This document shows positions 43,658-52,175 of a DNA stretch of 55,870 nt, in pieces; the stretch's first letter is position 1, and each line of letters begins with the position of its first letter. Source of the DNA: a virus (taxonomy: Duplodnaviria > Heunggongvirae > Uroviricota > Caudoviricetes); IMG/VR virus record IMGVR_UViG_3300011399_000002, positions 1 through 55,870 of that record; one strand, written 5' to 3'. Under the pieces are notes generated by a model. That model saw nothing but the letters and a program-made list of their open reading frames with translations. It did no database searches and was not told the DNA's origin. The translations under genes and the position numbers were made by a program.

Positions 43658-45366
43658 TGTATAATGATGGCATAAACCAAATAGGTAAGTACGTAGGAAA
43701 GACTGGTAAGAATGCTAACCGTGCGTTAAAGAAATCGGAACCCGATTACGCCGCTGATGAAATTGCCAGAGATATATTTGATCCCGTTGTATCTTATGTC
43801 ATGTACTTTACTACGTCCCGTCCTAACCAATCTATTAAGGCTGATCTAAAATTTGAGTTACCTCCTCCTAATATTGGATTGGGTAAATGCTGCGGAGATT
43901 GCTACTGCTCTAAGTGTGAAATATTCTTCTTTGATGACTTTGATAGTCAGATAATACTGACAGAGTATCCTTACGTAGCGGGTACAGTAAGGGTCTTTGA
44001 TGCTTACGGTAATACTAGCCTTGTAACTGAGACTGATCCCGATGCTGGTATTGTAGACTTAGGCTATGACCCTGATCCAAGCCCCACTAATAAAATCTAC
44101 GTGTGCTATGTTTATAGATACGATGGTAACTGCACTACTAACGAACCTATACCAGAGGAACCGTGGGAACCGGGCTATGATCCTACAGATGGACAGGGCT
44201 ATGCACAATCTGCTGCGCTAATTTACTCTACTATCAAGCAGAGTCTTGGACAGGCTAGAGCAGTTATACTATCAGATCATACTGAGGTATATGTATTTGC
44301 TCAGTCCCGTGTAGTGATAACAGGTGGGGATCGTCCATTTGCTGCACCACATACAACTGCTACATACACAGTACCCGATGCAATTGATAGAACGGGAGCA
44401 ACAAATGCCGCAGATGATCTTCAATCGTGGATTAATAGTACAGTACCAGATGGATCGATCATTGACTTCGTTCATGCTGGTGGTATTTACAGGCTAGATG
44501 ATGGATTATTATTTGAGGGTAGAAATAACTTAATTATACGTGGTAATTCAGATACTACACTAATAATGAATGGATCAGACGCAGAGACATTCTCTACGTT
44601 CTTGATGCGTAATTCTCATCACATAGCCATCGAGGGCTTCACAGTTAATGGTGCCTACTCTACCTTCCCTAATCAGGATGGAGAGTTGTCGCATTGCTTA
44701 GGTATCTCAGGATTCTTTAATGGGGGCGCATCAACATACATAGAAATGAAAGAGGTTATAGGGGATCACTTCTACGGTGACTTCGTGTACGTGGAAGGAA
44801 GTAATGGCGGGGCATTCCCACCAGCACAGTACATATGGGTACACCATAATGACTTTGATTACTGTGGTAGAAACGGATTCTCATTTATCAATGTTCAAGA
44901 TGCTTGGTTCCAGTACAACACGGTAGACCATGTTGCTTATCATGCTATAGACTTTGAAGCAAACTTTGATGCAGAGGAAACTACAAGGATCATCATTGAG
45001 TTGAATGATTTTGGTAGTTATGGACACAGGGGCGGATTAATTGGGTACTTTGCGGCAGCATTCTCACCCAACAATCCTAGCGTATCTGAGTTAACAATCA
45101 GGAACAATACGGTTGCTGGTATCGCTGCTAATGGATACAACGGAGCGCCACTTGGGCTTCATTCAAAATTCTTAGGAACAAGCGGCAATCATTACACGTA
45201 CATAATATTTACAGGTAACACATGCACACAGACAGTTTCAGGATCATCAATCATTTACTTTGATTACGTTGACCATGCGACTGTCACAGGCAACACACAA
45301 CCGGGAGCAGGTACATTGGTAGGAGCAGCAAACTCTACAGACATTACATCTAACCCTAACCCATAA
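43657..45366 (+). CDS. Receptor-binding protein 2/tailspike with a right-handed beta-helix (pectate lyase-like depolymerase)
   Basis: TAATG coupling; DRTGATNAADDLQSWINS...GIYRL...NLIIRG followed by parallel beta-helix repeats. Confidence 0.75.
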   Translation: MYNDGINQIGKYVGKTGKNANRALKKSEPDYAADEIARDIFDPVVSYVMYFTTSRPNQSIKADLKFELPPPNIGLGKCCGDCYCSKCEIFFFDDFDSQIILTEYPYVAGTVRVFDAYGNTSLVTETDPDAGIVDLGYDPDPSPTNKIYVCYVYRYDGNCTTNEPIPEEPWEPGYDPTDGQGYAQSAALIYSTIKQSLGQARAVILSDHTEVYVFAQSRVVITGGDRPFAAPHTTATYTVPDAIDRTGATNAADDLQSWINSTVPDGSIIDFVHAGGIYRLDDGLLFEGRNNLIIRGNSDTTLIMNGSDAETFSTFLMRNSHHIAIEGFTVNGAYSTFPNQDGELSHCLGISGFFNGGASTYIEMKEVIGDHFYGDFVYVEGSNGGAFPPAQYIWVHHNDFDYCGRNGFSFINVQDAWFQYNTVDHVAYHAIDFEANFDAEETTRIIIELNDFGSYGHRGGLIGYFAAAFSPNNPSVSELTIRNNTVAGIAANGYNGAPLGLHSKFLGTSGNHYTYIIFTGNTCTQTVSGSSIIYFDYVDHATVTGNTQPGAGTLVGAANSTDITSNPNP

Positions 45367-45377
45367 GGAGGAAAGGT

Positions 45378-45596
45378 ATGGCAGCATCATATCCAACAGG
45401 ATTAAAAATACTAATAGATGATGAGGACGTTACTAATTGGATATTTGGAACTGAGACATTTGAAATCAACGAATTGAATGAGCGCTTTAGGGACATTGAT
45501 CTGTCTCCTTTTTGCGCTGATCCGGGTGAGCATAAGTTAGAAATAACTTGCGAAGAGGGTGTAGGTAGAGTCGAAGCCCGTGTGGAGATACAGTAA
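45378..45596 (+). CDS. Small hypothetical (possibly virion) protein
   Basis: 72 aa, SD GGAGG. Confidence 0.6.
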   Translation: MAASYPTGLKILIDDEDVTNWIFGTETFEINELNERFRDIDLSPFCADPGEHKLEITCEEGVGRVEARVEIQ

Positions 45597-45892
45597 TGAG
45601 CATAACATTTACCAATGAAGCAGAGAAGCGAAGACAAAGGGCGATACAAGAACAGCGTGCAAAGAAGGCACCTACTTGGGAGTTGCTAAAGACTTCAAGT
45701 CTAGTAGAAGCACTACAGTTTGCTAGAAAGCATGGCTGGGAGCATCAAGAAGTACAGGTCAAAGCATACCGTATAACTACAGAAGAGTTTGAGTATCATG
45801 TTGAACCTTGGGAGAAGGATTGTTCTTGTCCCAATCTTCTGTATTATGAAGATTACTTTGATGAGGGTCCTCATACTCATGAGGCAGATTAA
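45596..45892 (+). CDS. Hypothetical protein
   Basis: 98 aa, coupled by TAATG. Confidence 0.6.
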   Translation: MSITFTNEAEKRRQRAIQEQRAKKAPTWELLKTSSLVEALQFARKHGWEHQEVQVKAYRITTEEFEYHVEPWEKDCSCPNLLYYEDYFDEGPHTHEAD

Positions 45893-45902
45893 GGAGAACT
45901 AA

Positions 45903-47126
45903 ATGGCAAGGATTTTTTTCATTGGAGATAGTCCAACAGTCTCTACAGGCTTTGGACAAGTTAGCAAGCACCTATTAAAAAGGCTAGTAAAGTTGGGGCA
46001 TGAAGTCCACGTACTAGGCATTAACTTCCACGGCGACCCATATGATAGAGAGGAGTTTCCCTATGATATCTGGCCCTGTGATAAAGGGTCAATGGATTTA
46101 GTGTATGGTTATGCCAAGATGTGGTACCTAACACAGAAGATAAGACCAGATGTAATATTCTTTTTGAATGATCCTTGGGTCATTGAGAAGTATTTTGAGT
46201 TTAGACCACATGACTTTCCAGATACTTACATAAAGTATTTAGCGTACTATCCTATTGATGCTGGTCCTCTAAAAGAGGGCTGGGCACAGATGCTTACAGA
46301 TAGATTTGATGCACAGGTTTGTTATTCACACTTTGCAGAGAATGTTATTATTGAGGCCAATGGTGGAGTCAGGCCAGACAATCTGTACCAGATATATCAT
46401 GGTGTAGATACAGACGATTTCTTCCCAGTACCTCAAACAGTAGCAAGAGCAGCACTAGGATTACCACAGGATGCATTCATTGTAGGCATGGTAGCAAGAA
46501 ATCAATACCGAAAGAGATTTGATATCCTTGCTAAAGCATTCGATGAGTTTTCCAAGGACAAGCCAGATGCCAAGTTATACTTGCACACATCACTACATGA
46601 TGTTGGATTTGATATCGTTGATATCTCAACGCAGTTTAACTTCAAGGGTAAGTTAATTCTTACCGAAGGTTTAGAGTTACCAGAGGGAGTACCGACACGG
46701 GCACTCAATATGATCTATAACTCTTTCGATGTTAATGCTTTAATCTCTCTAGGCGATGGCTTTGGACTACCTGTAGCAGAGAGCATGGCAGTAGGATGCC
46801 CGCAGATTGTATCAGATCATTCTTGTTTACGAGAGTTAGTTGATGGGCACGGTGGTCTTACTGTTAAAAATGCCGCATGGATACTCAATGTATCGGGTAT
46901 TAATACATGGGGTGGAGTATCAGACGTAGATGATTTAGTAAAGAAACTAAATCTACTCTACACTAACAAAGACCTACGCTTAAAACTAGCGGAGGATGCT
47001 TACAACTACATACTCCAAGACAAGTTTAATTGGGATACAATCGCAAAACAATTTGATGAAATCATAGGTACGATGCTACATCTACTGCCGGTTAATAAGC
47101 GTGAACTCGCGTTCAGTAATTACTAA
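45903..47126 (+). CDS. GT4 family glycosyltransferase
   Basis: STGFGQVSKHL, IYHGVDTDDF, VARNQYRKRFD, GDGFGLPVAESMAVGCPQI. Confidence 0.92.
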   Translation: MARIFFIGDSPTVSTGFGQVSKHLLKRLVKLGHEVHVLGINFHGDPYDREEFPYDIWPCDKGSMDLVYGYAKMWYLTQKIRPDVIFFLNDPWVIEKYFEFRPHDFPDTYIKYLAYYPIDAGPLKEGWAQMLTDRFDAQVCYSHFAENVIIEANGGVRPDNLYQIYHGVDTDDFFPVPQTVARAALGLPQDAFIVGMVARNQYRKRFDILAKAFDEFSKDKPDAKLYLHTSLHDVGFDIVDISTQFNFKGKLILTEGLELPEGVPTRALNMIYNSFDVNALISLGDGFGLPVAESMAVGCPQIVSDHSCLRELVDGHGGLTVKNAAWILNVSGINTWGGVSDVDDLVKKLNLLYTNKDLRLKLAEDAYNYILQDKFNWDTIAKQFDEIIGTMLHLLPVNKRELAFSNY

Positions 47127-47212
47127 AGCGCCCTCAGACACCAGACTAGGGGATAAAACCGCTCTCCGTGGCTTCTAGGGGCCTTGTAGGGCACGTATGG
47201 GAGGTTAAAGGA

Positions 47213-47848
47213 ATGGCTCTACCACACAGCAGAGACATATTTAAGTACCCAGCAAGATTCCAATTTGGACAGAACCCAAAGGGACCTTGTTTGGGAAGTA
47301 GCTGTTGCACAGATACTTGTATCCAAATGGTAGTAGAATACTATAAGGATAAAAGTTTTACACTCGATCAGGTTAGACGACAAGCACAGGGAGATACAAG
47401 ATTTAATGAGGCTCCTTGCACAGGAATCAACCACATTGAAGTATTAAATGCTCTTGAAGGCTTTGGTATAAATCACTACAGGGTAGGTTTCGGTTCTAAT
47501 ACGAGTGATGTGTTAAACTATGTTGAAATAGGACCAGTTATTGTTGGCGTGCACTATGGATCATATCCAATTAGGGCACAAGCAGAAGTCGGGGGCAAGA
47601 CAGATCATGGATTCAATGGTGCACATGCTGTCCTAGCAATAGGAAAGAGAGTACATGATGCACCAAAGGACAGACATAGAGATATCTTTGTACGTGATCC
47701 AGACCATAACTCACCAGCAAGACCAGAGAAGCCTGATTTTGACAGAATAAGAAGATCGCAGTTACAGAGAGCAATGGAAAATCTACCAAGATATACAGCT
47801 TTCTCTAACACATATATTTTATATCCAACAAGACGAAAGTCATTATAA
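47213..47848 (+). CDS. C39-like cysteine peptidase, probable endolysin
   Basis: Start re-set to ATG 47213. Papain-type pattern FQ...SCCTDTCIQM, HAVLAIG, VRDP; sits directly upstream of a TM protein. Confidence 0.65.
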   Translation: MALPHSRDIFKYPARFQFGQNPKGPCLGSSCCTDTCIQMVVEYYKDKSFTLDQVRRQAQGDTRFNEAPCTGINHIEVLNALEGFGINHYRVGFGSNTSDVLNYVEIGPVIVGVHYGSYPIRAQAEVGGKTDHGFNGAHAVLAIGKRVHDAPKDRHRDIFVRDPDHNSPARPEKPDFDRIRRSQLQRAMENLPRYTAFSNTYILYPTRRKSL

Positions 47849-47862
47849 GGAGGTGATGTTAC

Positions 47863-48159
47863 GTGTCCAATATTTCATTATTTGGTTGGCTAGATAACAT
47901 TCCATTTTGGAGAGATTTACCATATCCAACCAAGGGAGCTTTGCTACGAGCATTAAAGGCAGGACTATCAGTTACAGTAGGTATCTTACTTGCTGCTGTA
48001 ACAGGAGGAATACTATTTCCTGCGGAGTTTAGTCCACTAGTGGTGCTTGTAGTAACATCAGTGCTTCAAGCACTGGATAAGTTCCTAAGAGAAAACGACT
48101 TAGAGAAGGAAATGAATGCTAATCCCATAGCGTTAACAGACTCTCCTAACGGAGAGTAG
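47863..48159 (+). CDS. Holin
   Basis: 98 aa with two hydrophobic segments and an acidic C-terminus; SD AAGGAGG. Confidence 0.65.
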   Translation: MSNISLFGWLDNIPFWRDLPYPTKGALLRALKAGLSVTVGILLAAVTGGILFPAEFSPLVVLVVTSVLQALDKFLRENDLEKEMNANPIALTDSPNGE

Positions 48160-48171
48160 TCAAAAGGAAAC

Positions 48172-48206
48172 TAGGGGAGGGTTAAAATCCTCCCCTAAAT
48201 TTTTTT
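48172..48206 (+). terminator. Intrinsic terminator ending the late/lysis operon
   Basis: TAGGGGAGG-GTTAAAAT-CCTCCCCTA followed by AATTTTTTT. Confidence 0.85.
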
Positions 48207-48214
48207 ATTTTGAC

Positions 48215-48243
48215 TTGAACTTCGGGTACCGATGTGCTATACT
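48215..48243 (+). promoter_or_regulatory. Sigma70-type promoter of the replication module
   Basis: TTGAAC-17 nt-TATACT with extended TG. Confidence 0.7.
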
Positions 48244-48352
48244 TTTTAATAGAGAATACGTAGTATTCTCTAGAGTAGCTACTATATAGTAGCAGTATAT
48301 AGGGGGAGTTATAGAGGGGATTTTTTATCCCAGCATCAAAAGGAGGAGCGAC

Positions 48353-48382
48353 TTGAAGTTCAACTAGCCCATAAGATAGTCT
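48353..48382 (+). promoter_or_regulatory. Second promoter upstream of the SSB gene
   Basis: TTGAAG-18 nt-TAGTCT; strongly resembles the promoter at 54353, including the spacer (TTCAxCTAGCC). Confidence 0.55.
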
Positions 48383-48449
48383 ATGAATGTGCCCAAAGGG
48401 TCCGATGTACGGACTCAGGCCAACTGTACCAGATAGGAGTGTTAAATCA

Positions 48450-49196
48450 ATGCCGTTCAGTGAAGAGCCAAGAACATACAAGGAAACTCGCACAAGAACC
48501 AGTAACCAATATGTAAAGTTTTCTCCCGATTATCGTATCACCCTACGAATTCTAGATACCAAGGCCCAAATGGTCTGGAAGCATTGGCTTCCTATGGCTA
48601 ATGGTGGCAAGGGATTTGGTGTAGTTTGTGCCAATACCTCTAGCCAAGTAAGACCTTGCCCCGTTGAGCATCTAATTGCTACGCTCAACGATGACGACCC
48701 GCTTCTATCACAGATTAAGGCACGCCGAAGATTTATTGTGAATGTTCTGGATCGTACCCCACATACTGTTTGTGAAGCCTGTGAATCTACTACACCCGGT
48801 AAGAAGTGCATTAACTGCGGTGCCGATGTTAGTAAGAATGAATTCCACCCTCTCAACGTTGTAAAGATCATGGAGCAGGGTCCTAACCTGTTCAACAAGG
48901 GCCTCAACCCTATTGAAAAGATGTACCAAGAAGATCATGGTGTCGGTATCGATGGCTATGATCTAGTGTTCATGACTCAGGGAAACGGGCGCGATAGACA
49001 AATCGTTGCCAATCCTCTAAAGGTAGAACCACTACCGGAAGATGCATTCCTTGATGCAGAAGGTAATCAGCAGAAGTTATACGACCTGTCCCTGCTAGCA
49101 GAAGCAACTAGCGTTGACGAGATTAATATGTACCTAGAAGGTGCAACTATTTCAGAAGTTAACGAAGCAAAAGGCGTAACAAGCGCAGCAGTCTAA
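48450..49196 (+). CDS. gp32-like single-stranded DNA-binding protein with Zn-binding inserts
   Basis: Start re-set to ATG 48450 (SD AGGAG); RITLRIL...KHW...VVC...CPVE...RRRFIVNVLDR; CEAC/CINC. Confidence 0.62.
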   Translation: MPFSEEPRTYKETRTRTSNQYVKFSPDYRITLRILDTKAQMVWKHWLPMANGGKGFGVVCANTSSQVRPCPVEHLIATLNDDDPLLSQIKARRRFIVNVLDRTPHTVCEACESTTPGKKCINCGADVSKNEFHPLNVVKIMEQGPNLFNKGLNPIEKMYQEDHGVGIDGYDLVFMTQGNGRDRQIVANPLKVEPLPEDAFLDAEGNQQKLYDLSLLAEATSVDEINMYLEGATISEVNEAKGVTSAAV

Positions 49197-49222
49197 GCCC
49201 GAATTTCCCATAGGAGGACAAC

Positions 49223-50245
49223 ATGGCACTACAACATCTTATTAACCACATCTCTCTTGTTGTTGACAAGTCATCGAGCATGGACTACCACACAAACAAA
49301 GTGGTAGAGGTCTTTGATCGAGAGTTAAACGCTCTAAAGCAAAGAAGCGTTGACGCGCATCAGGAAACTCGTATATCTATTTACTTGTTTTCAGACCCGT
49401 CCGCATTGGAAGTGCTTACGTTCGATATGGACGTGATGCGTTTTACTTCCCTAAAGAGTTACTACAAGCCTTACGGTAACACAGCACTACTAGATGCTGT
49501 AGCCAAGAGCATTGAAGACCACAAGAAGCTTCCTGAATTATATGGCGATCATGCGTTCCTAACGTATGTTATCACAGATGGTCAGGAAAATAGAAGCAGG
49601 GAGCAAACTCCCGGCTCGCTTACCACGCTGCTAAATTCTCTAAAGGATAACTGGACTACAGCACTACTTGTTCCTGATCAGCAAGCAGTAAACGCTGCAC
49701 TGCGATTTGGATTCAATGCAGGTAGTATCTCTACTTGGAATACAAACTCCAAGAACGCTGTTGAAGAGGTTGGAATTTCCTTTGCTTCCGCGACAACTAG
49801 TTACATGGCAATGCGCTCAACTGGTGTTAGAGGAACAAAGAACCTATTCGATCTTAATCCTGCTAACCTAAATGCCTCAACAGTTAATAAGACTCTAACA
49901 GAATTACCAACATCAGAGTATGAGGTTATCCCTGTTAGAATTTCAGGCCCAAAGATTGCAATCAAGGACTACGTTGAGTCTTGGACAAAGCAAAAGTATC
50001 GACTAGGTTCAGCTTACTACCAGCCAACTAAGCCGGTAGAAGTGCAGGACTACAAGAGAGTCATGCTTCAAGATGTAAGGAACGGTAAAGTGTATGAGGG
50101 TGTAGACGTTAGAAGAATTCTAGGTCTACCTGATTATACTGTAGAGATTAATCCTCTAAGCCACCCTGATTATCGTTTGTTTGTTCAGTCAACAAGTGTT
50201 AACAGAAACTTATTCCCCAATACTTTCCTTCTAATTAGACGCTAA
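49223..50245 (+). CDS. vWA (MIDAS) domain protein
   Basis: LVVDKSSSM (DxSxS), GNTALLDAV, VITDGQENRS; extra C-terminal domain ending FVQSTSVNR. Confidence 0.85.
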   Translation: MALQHLINHISLVVDKSSSMDYHTNKVVEVFDRELNALKQRSVDAHQETRISIYLFSDPSALEVLTFDMDVMRFTSLKSYYKPYGNTALLDAVAKSIEDHKKLPELYGDHAFLTYVITDGQENRSREQTPGSLTTLLNSLKDNWTTALLVPDQQAVNAALRFGFNAGSISTWNTNSKNAVEEVGISFASATTSYMAMRSTGVRGTKNLFDLNPANLNASTVNKTLTELPTSEYEVIPVRISGPKIAIKDYVESWTKQKYRLGSAYYQPTKPVEVQDYKRVMLQDVRNGKVYEGVDVRRILGLPDYTVEINPLSHPDYRLFVQSTSVNRNLFPNTFLLIRR

Positions 50246-50448
50246 TGGATATCACTCAGGTCAAGGACAAGACTAGAACAGTCAAGGCTTTCAATGATCT
50301 TCTAGATGCTTTACGGATTGAATATCCTGAGGAAGCATGGACTGGTCGAGAGCAAGACGCTGTAAATGTCCTAATATCAATCGAAAAGGTACTTAAATGG
50401 TTGAGGTTAGATATAGACGATAATGGAGCAATCAAAGTCGCTGAGTAG
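50245..50448 (+). CDS. Hypothetical protein
   Basis: 67 aa, coupled by TAATG. Confidence 0.6.
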   Translation: MDITQVKDKTRTVKAFNDLLDALRIEYPEEAWTGREQDAVNVLISIEKVLKWLRLDIDDNGAIKVAE

Positions 50449-50782
50449 GTGGCGCTTTGAATTGCAGTCCATAGGTAAAAAGCAGTGGGTTGTCTTCTAC
50501 AGAGAAATGCTGGGAAGACAACCCACTTCCATACCTAGACTGTACAAAGCACTAAATCAATACGGATTCTGGCCTCTGTTTGAGGCTATAGTTGCAACGT
50601 CGGATAAAGAGTTTGATACTGATCCATTTAACTACGTCATAAAAGTGGCGCAGAACAAATGGAAAGAATCAGAAGAGCAAGACGTACAAGACGAGTCTTA
50701 TATCTCTGAGATAGACGCTGCAAAAGATAGGAGTAAGAAAGCAAATGACGAGTTGGCTAAGAAGTTGGGCAAGATCAAATAA
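50423..50782 (+). CDS. Hypothetical helical protein (possible replication initiator/loader-type domain)
   Basis: 119 aa; FNYVIKVAQNKW recalls DnaD-like C-termini, but the match is weak. Confidence 0.5.
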   Translation: MEQSKSLSRWRFELQSIGKKQWVVFYREMLGRQPTSIPRLYKALNQYGFWPLFEAIVATSDKEFDTDPFNYVIKVAQNKWKESEEQDVQDESYISEIDAAKDRSKKANDELAKKLGKIK

Positions 50783-50936
50783 GATCGCAGTAATTGTAGG
50801 CATCTGGATAACCTTTGCACTAGCAGGGCTAGCAGCCGCGCTATTCCCGATATTATTCGTAGCATACGCTGCTATATTTGCTATAAGCGTGATTACTTTT
50901 ATTATCTATGTATTTATAGACGTGTTTACAGAATGA
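50745..50936 (+). CDS. Small two-TM membrane protein
   Basis: 63 aa, almost entirely hydrophobic. Confidence 0.6.
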   Translation: MTSWLRSWARSNKIAVIVGIWITFALAGLAAALFPILFVAYAAIFAISVITFIIYVFIDVFTE

Positions 50937-51310
50937 GTAACTGGTTTACTAAGTTACTCCTTATGGGAGTACCTAAGGAAACTATTCCGCCCCCTACACC
51001 ACCTGAGGATGGACCAAGGGTGGTTTATAAGGATACTCCCGTACCTGAACCTAGAAATCCTCTTACTCCACCAGAGCATCCCAAATATTGTGAACGCTGC
51101 GGTGATCAACTTGCTTTGTATAAACACACTAACTTCAATACGTTTACAAAGAAAGAGAACGTCGATTACTGGGTAGCCATTTGCCATGATAAGGCTCGAT
51201 GGCCCTCTCTATATACTGAACACAGTAAGTTTAAGTTGATGCACGACGCTGATAAGTGGGTTAGAGTTAATGAAGGGTTCGATGAAGAAAACCATGTGAG
51301 GGTAAGATGA
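50933..51310 (+). CDS. Hypothetical CxxC protein, paralog 1
   Basis: NWFTKLLLMGVPK, Pro-rich linker, CERC...C.H. Confidence 0.6.
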   Translation: MSNWFTKLLLMGVPKETIPPPTPPEDGPRVVYKDTPVPEPRNPLTPPEHPKYCERCGDQLALYKHTNFNTFTKKENVDYWVAICHDKARWPSLYTEHSKFKLMHDADKWVRVNEGFDEENHVRVR

Positions 51311-51690
51311 AATGGTATCAAAAACTACTTCTTATTGGAGTAGAGAAACCAAAGAAAGCACCACCAGTATATCCTGATCAACATTGGGAGATAGACTGTC
51401 CTAGGTTTTGTGTTGCTTGTAAGGGTGACATAAGCGTTAAACGATATTCAAAGTTTAATGAGCAGACAGGGGAGGAATATGTCTCTTCCTGTACTGCCCA
51501 GTGTATCAATCCAACTAAGCCACTGGATAATCCAGAGATAAAACATACCGATAAGATATGGAAATATGGGAGTGGTTGGTATGACACCCCTTTAGTTTCA
51601 GCGGGTGGCATCACCCGCTCCTCGGCCAACAAATCATTCACAAGTAGCAGCATACCATTCTTTACTACTACAACATACGATGAGGTCTAA
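51307..51690 (+). CDS. Hypothetical CxxC protein, paralog 2
   Basis: KWYQKLLLIGVEK, Pro-rich linker, CVAC...C...H. Confidence 0.6.
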   Translation: MKWYQKLLLIGVEKPKKAPPVYPDQHWEIDCPRFCVACKGDISVKRYSKFNEQTGEEYVSSCTAQCINPTKPLDNPEIKHTDKIWKYGSGWYDTPLVSAGGITRSSANKSFTSSSIPFFTTTTYDEV

Positions 51691-52175
51691 TGGATACAAC
51701 TACATGGTTATGCGGACCACCACCCGCTACTGGACAGTTTCAACGATACCCGTCCAGATTTATGTTCAATCTAAAGAAGTTTTACCCGGAGTTTATCGAT
51801 GACAATACACTCCATATGTTCTCAGGCTCTAGTGAGTTTGGAATCACCACTGACTTTCGTGCTGAGACTGGCGCTCAGATTATATCTGATTACGATAATC
51901 TACCTGTGGATAACGATACTTTCAGTAACGTACTTGCTGACCCTCCCTATGCAGATCATTGGCAGGGTCAATGGCACGGGGAATTACCAAAGCCTAAGCG
52001 AATACTTGGCGAGGCGGCTCGCACCGTAAAACCGGGGGGATTAATAGGCATCCTTCATATCATCATAGTACCAGCATACAAAGAATACGGAGTAAAGAGG
52101 ATAGCACTTCATCCGGTTCTAACTGGCCCCAACAATGCTATCAGGGTGTTCAACGTATTCAAGAAGGAGGGGTAA
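51690..52175 (+). CDS. Compact amino-methyltransferase (N6-A/N4-C type)
   Basis: SAM-binding LHMFSGS and catalytic DPPY motifs. Confidence 0.75.
   Translation: MDTTTWLCGPPPATGQFQRYPSRFMFNLKKFYPEFIDDNTLHMFSGSSEFGITTDFRAETGAQIISDYDNLPVDNDTFSNVLADPPYADHWQGQWHGELPKPKRILGEAARTVKPGGLIGILHIIIVPAYKEYGVKRIALHPVLTGPNNAIRVFNVFKKEG

Noticed and set aside
48340-48445. Amber-rich leader peptide (AGGAGG, TTG, three in-frame TAGs)
   Set aside because: The same bases form a promoter nearly identical to 54353, which explains them more simply. Worth re-checking only if ribosome profiling shows occupancy.
48182-48493. 103-aa minus-strand ORF across the promoter gap
   Set aside because: It overlaps a terminator, two promoters and the SSB start, and has no motif; likely spurious.
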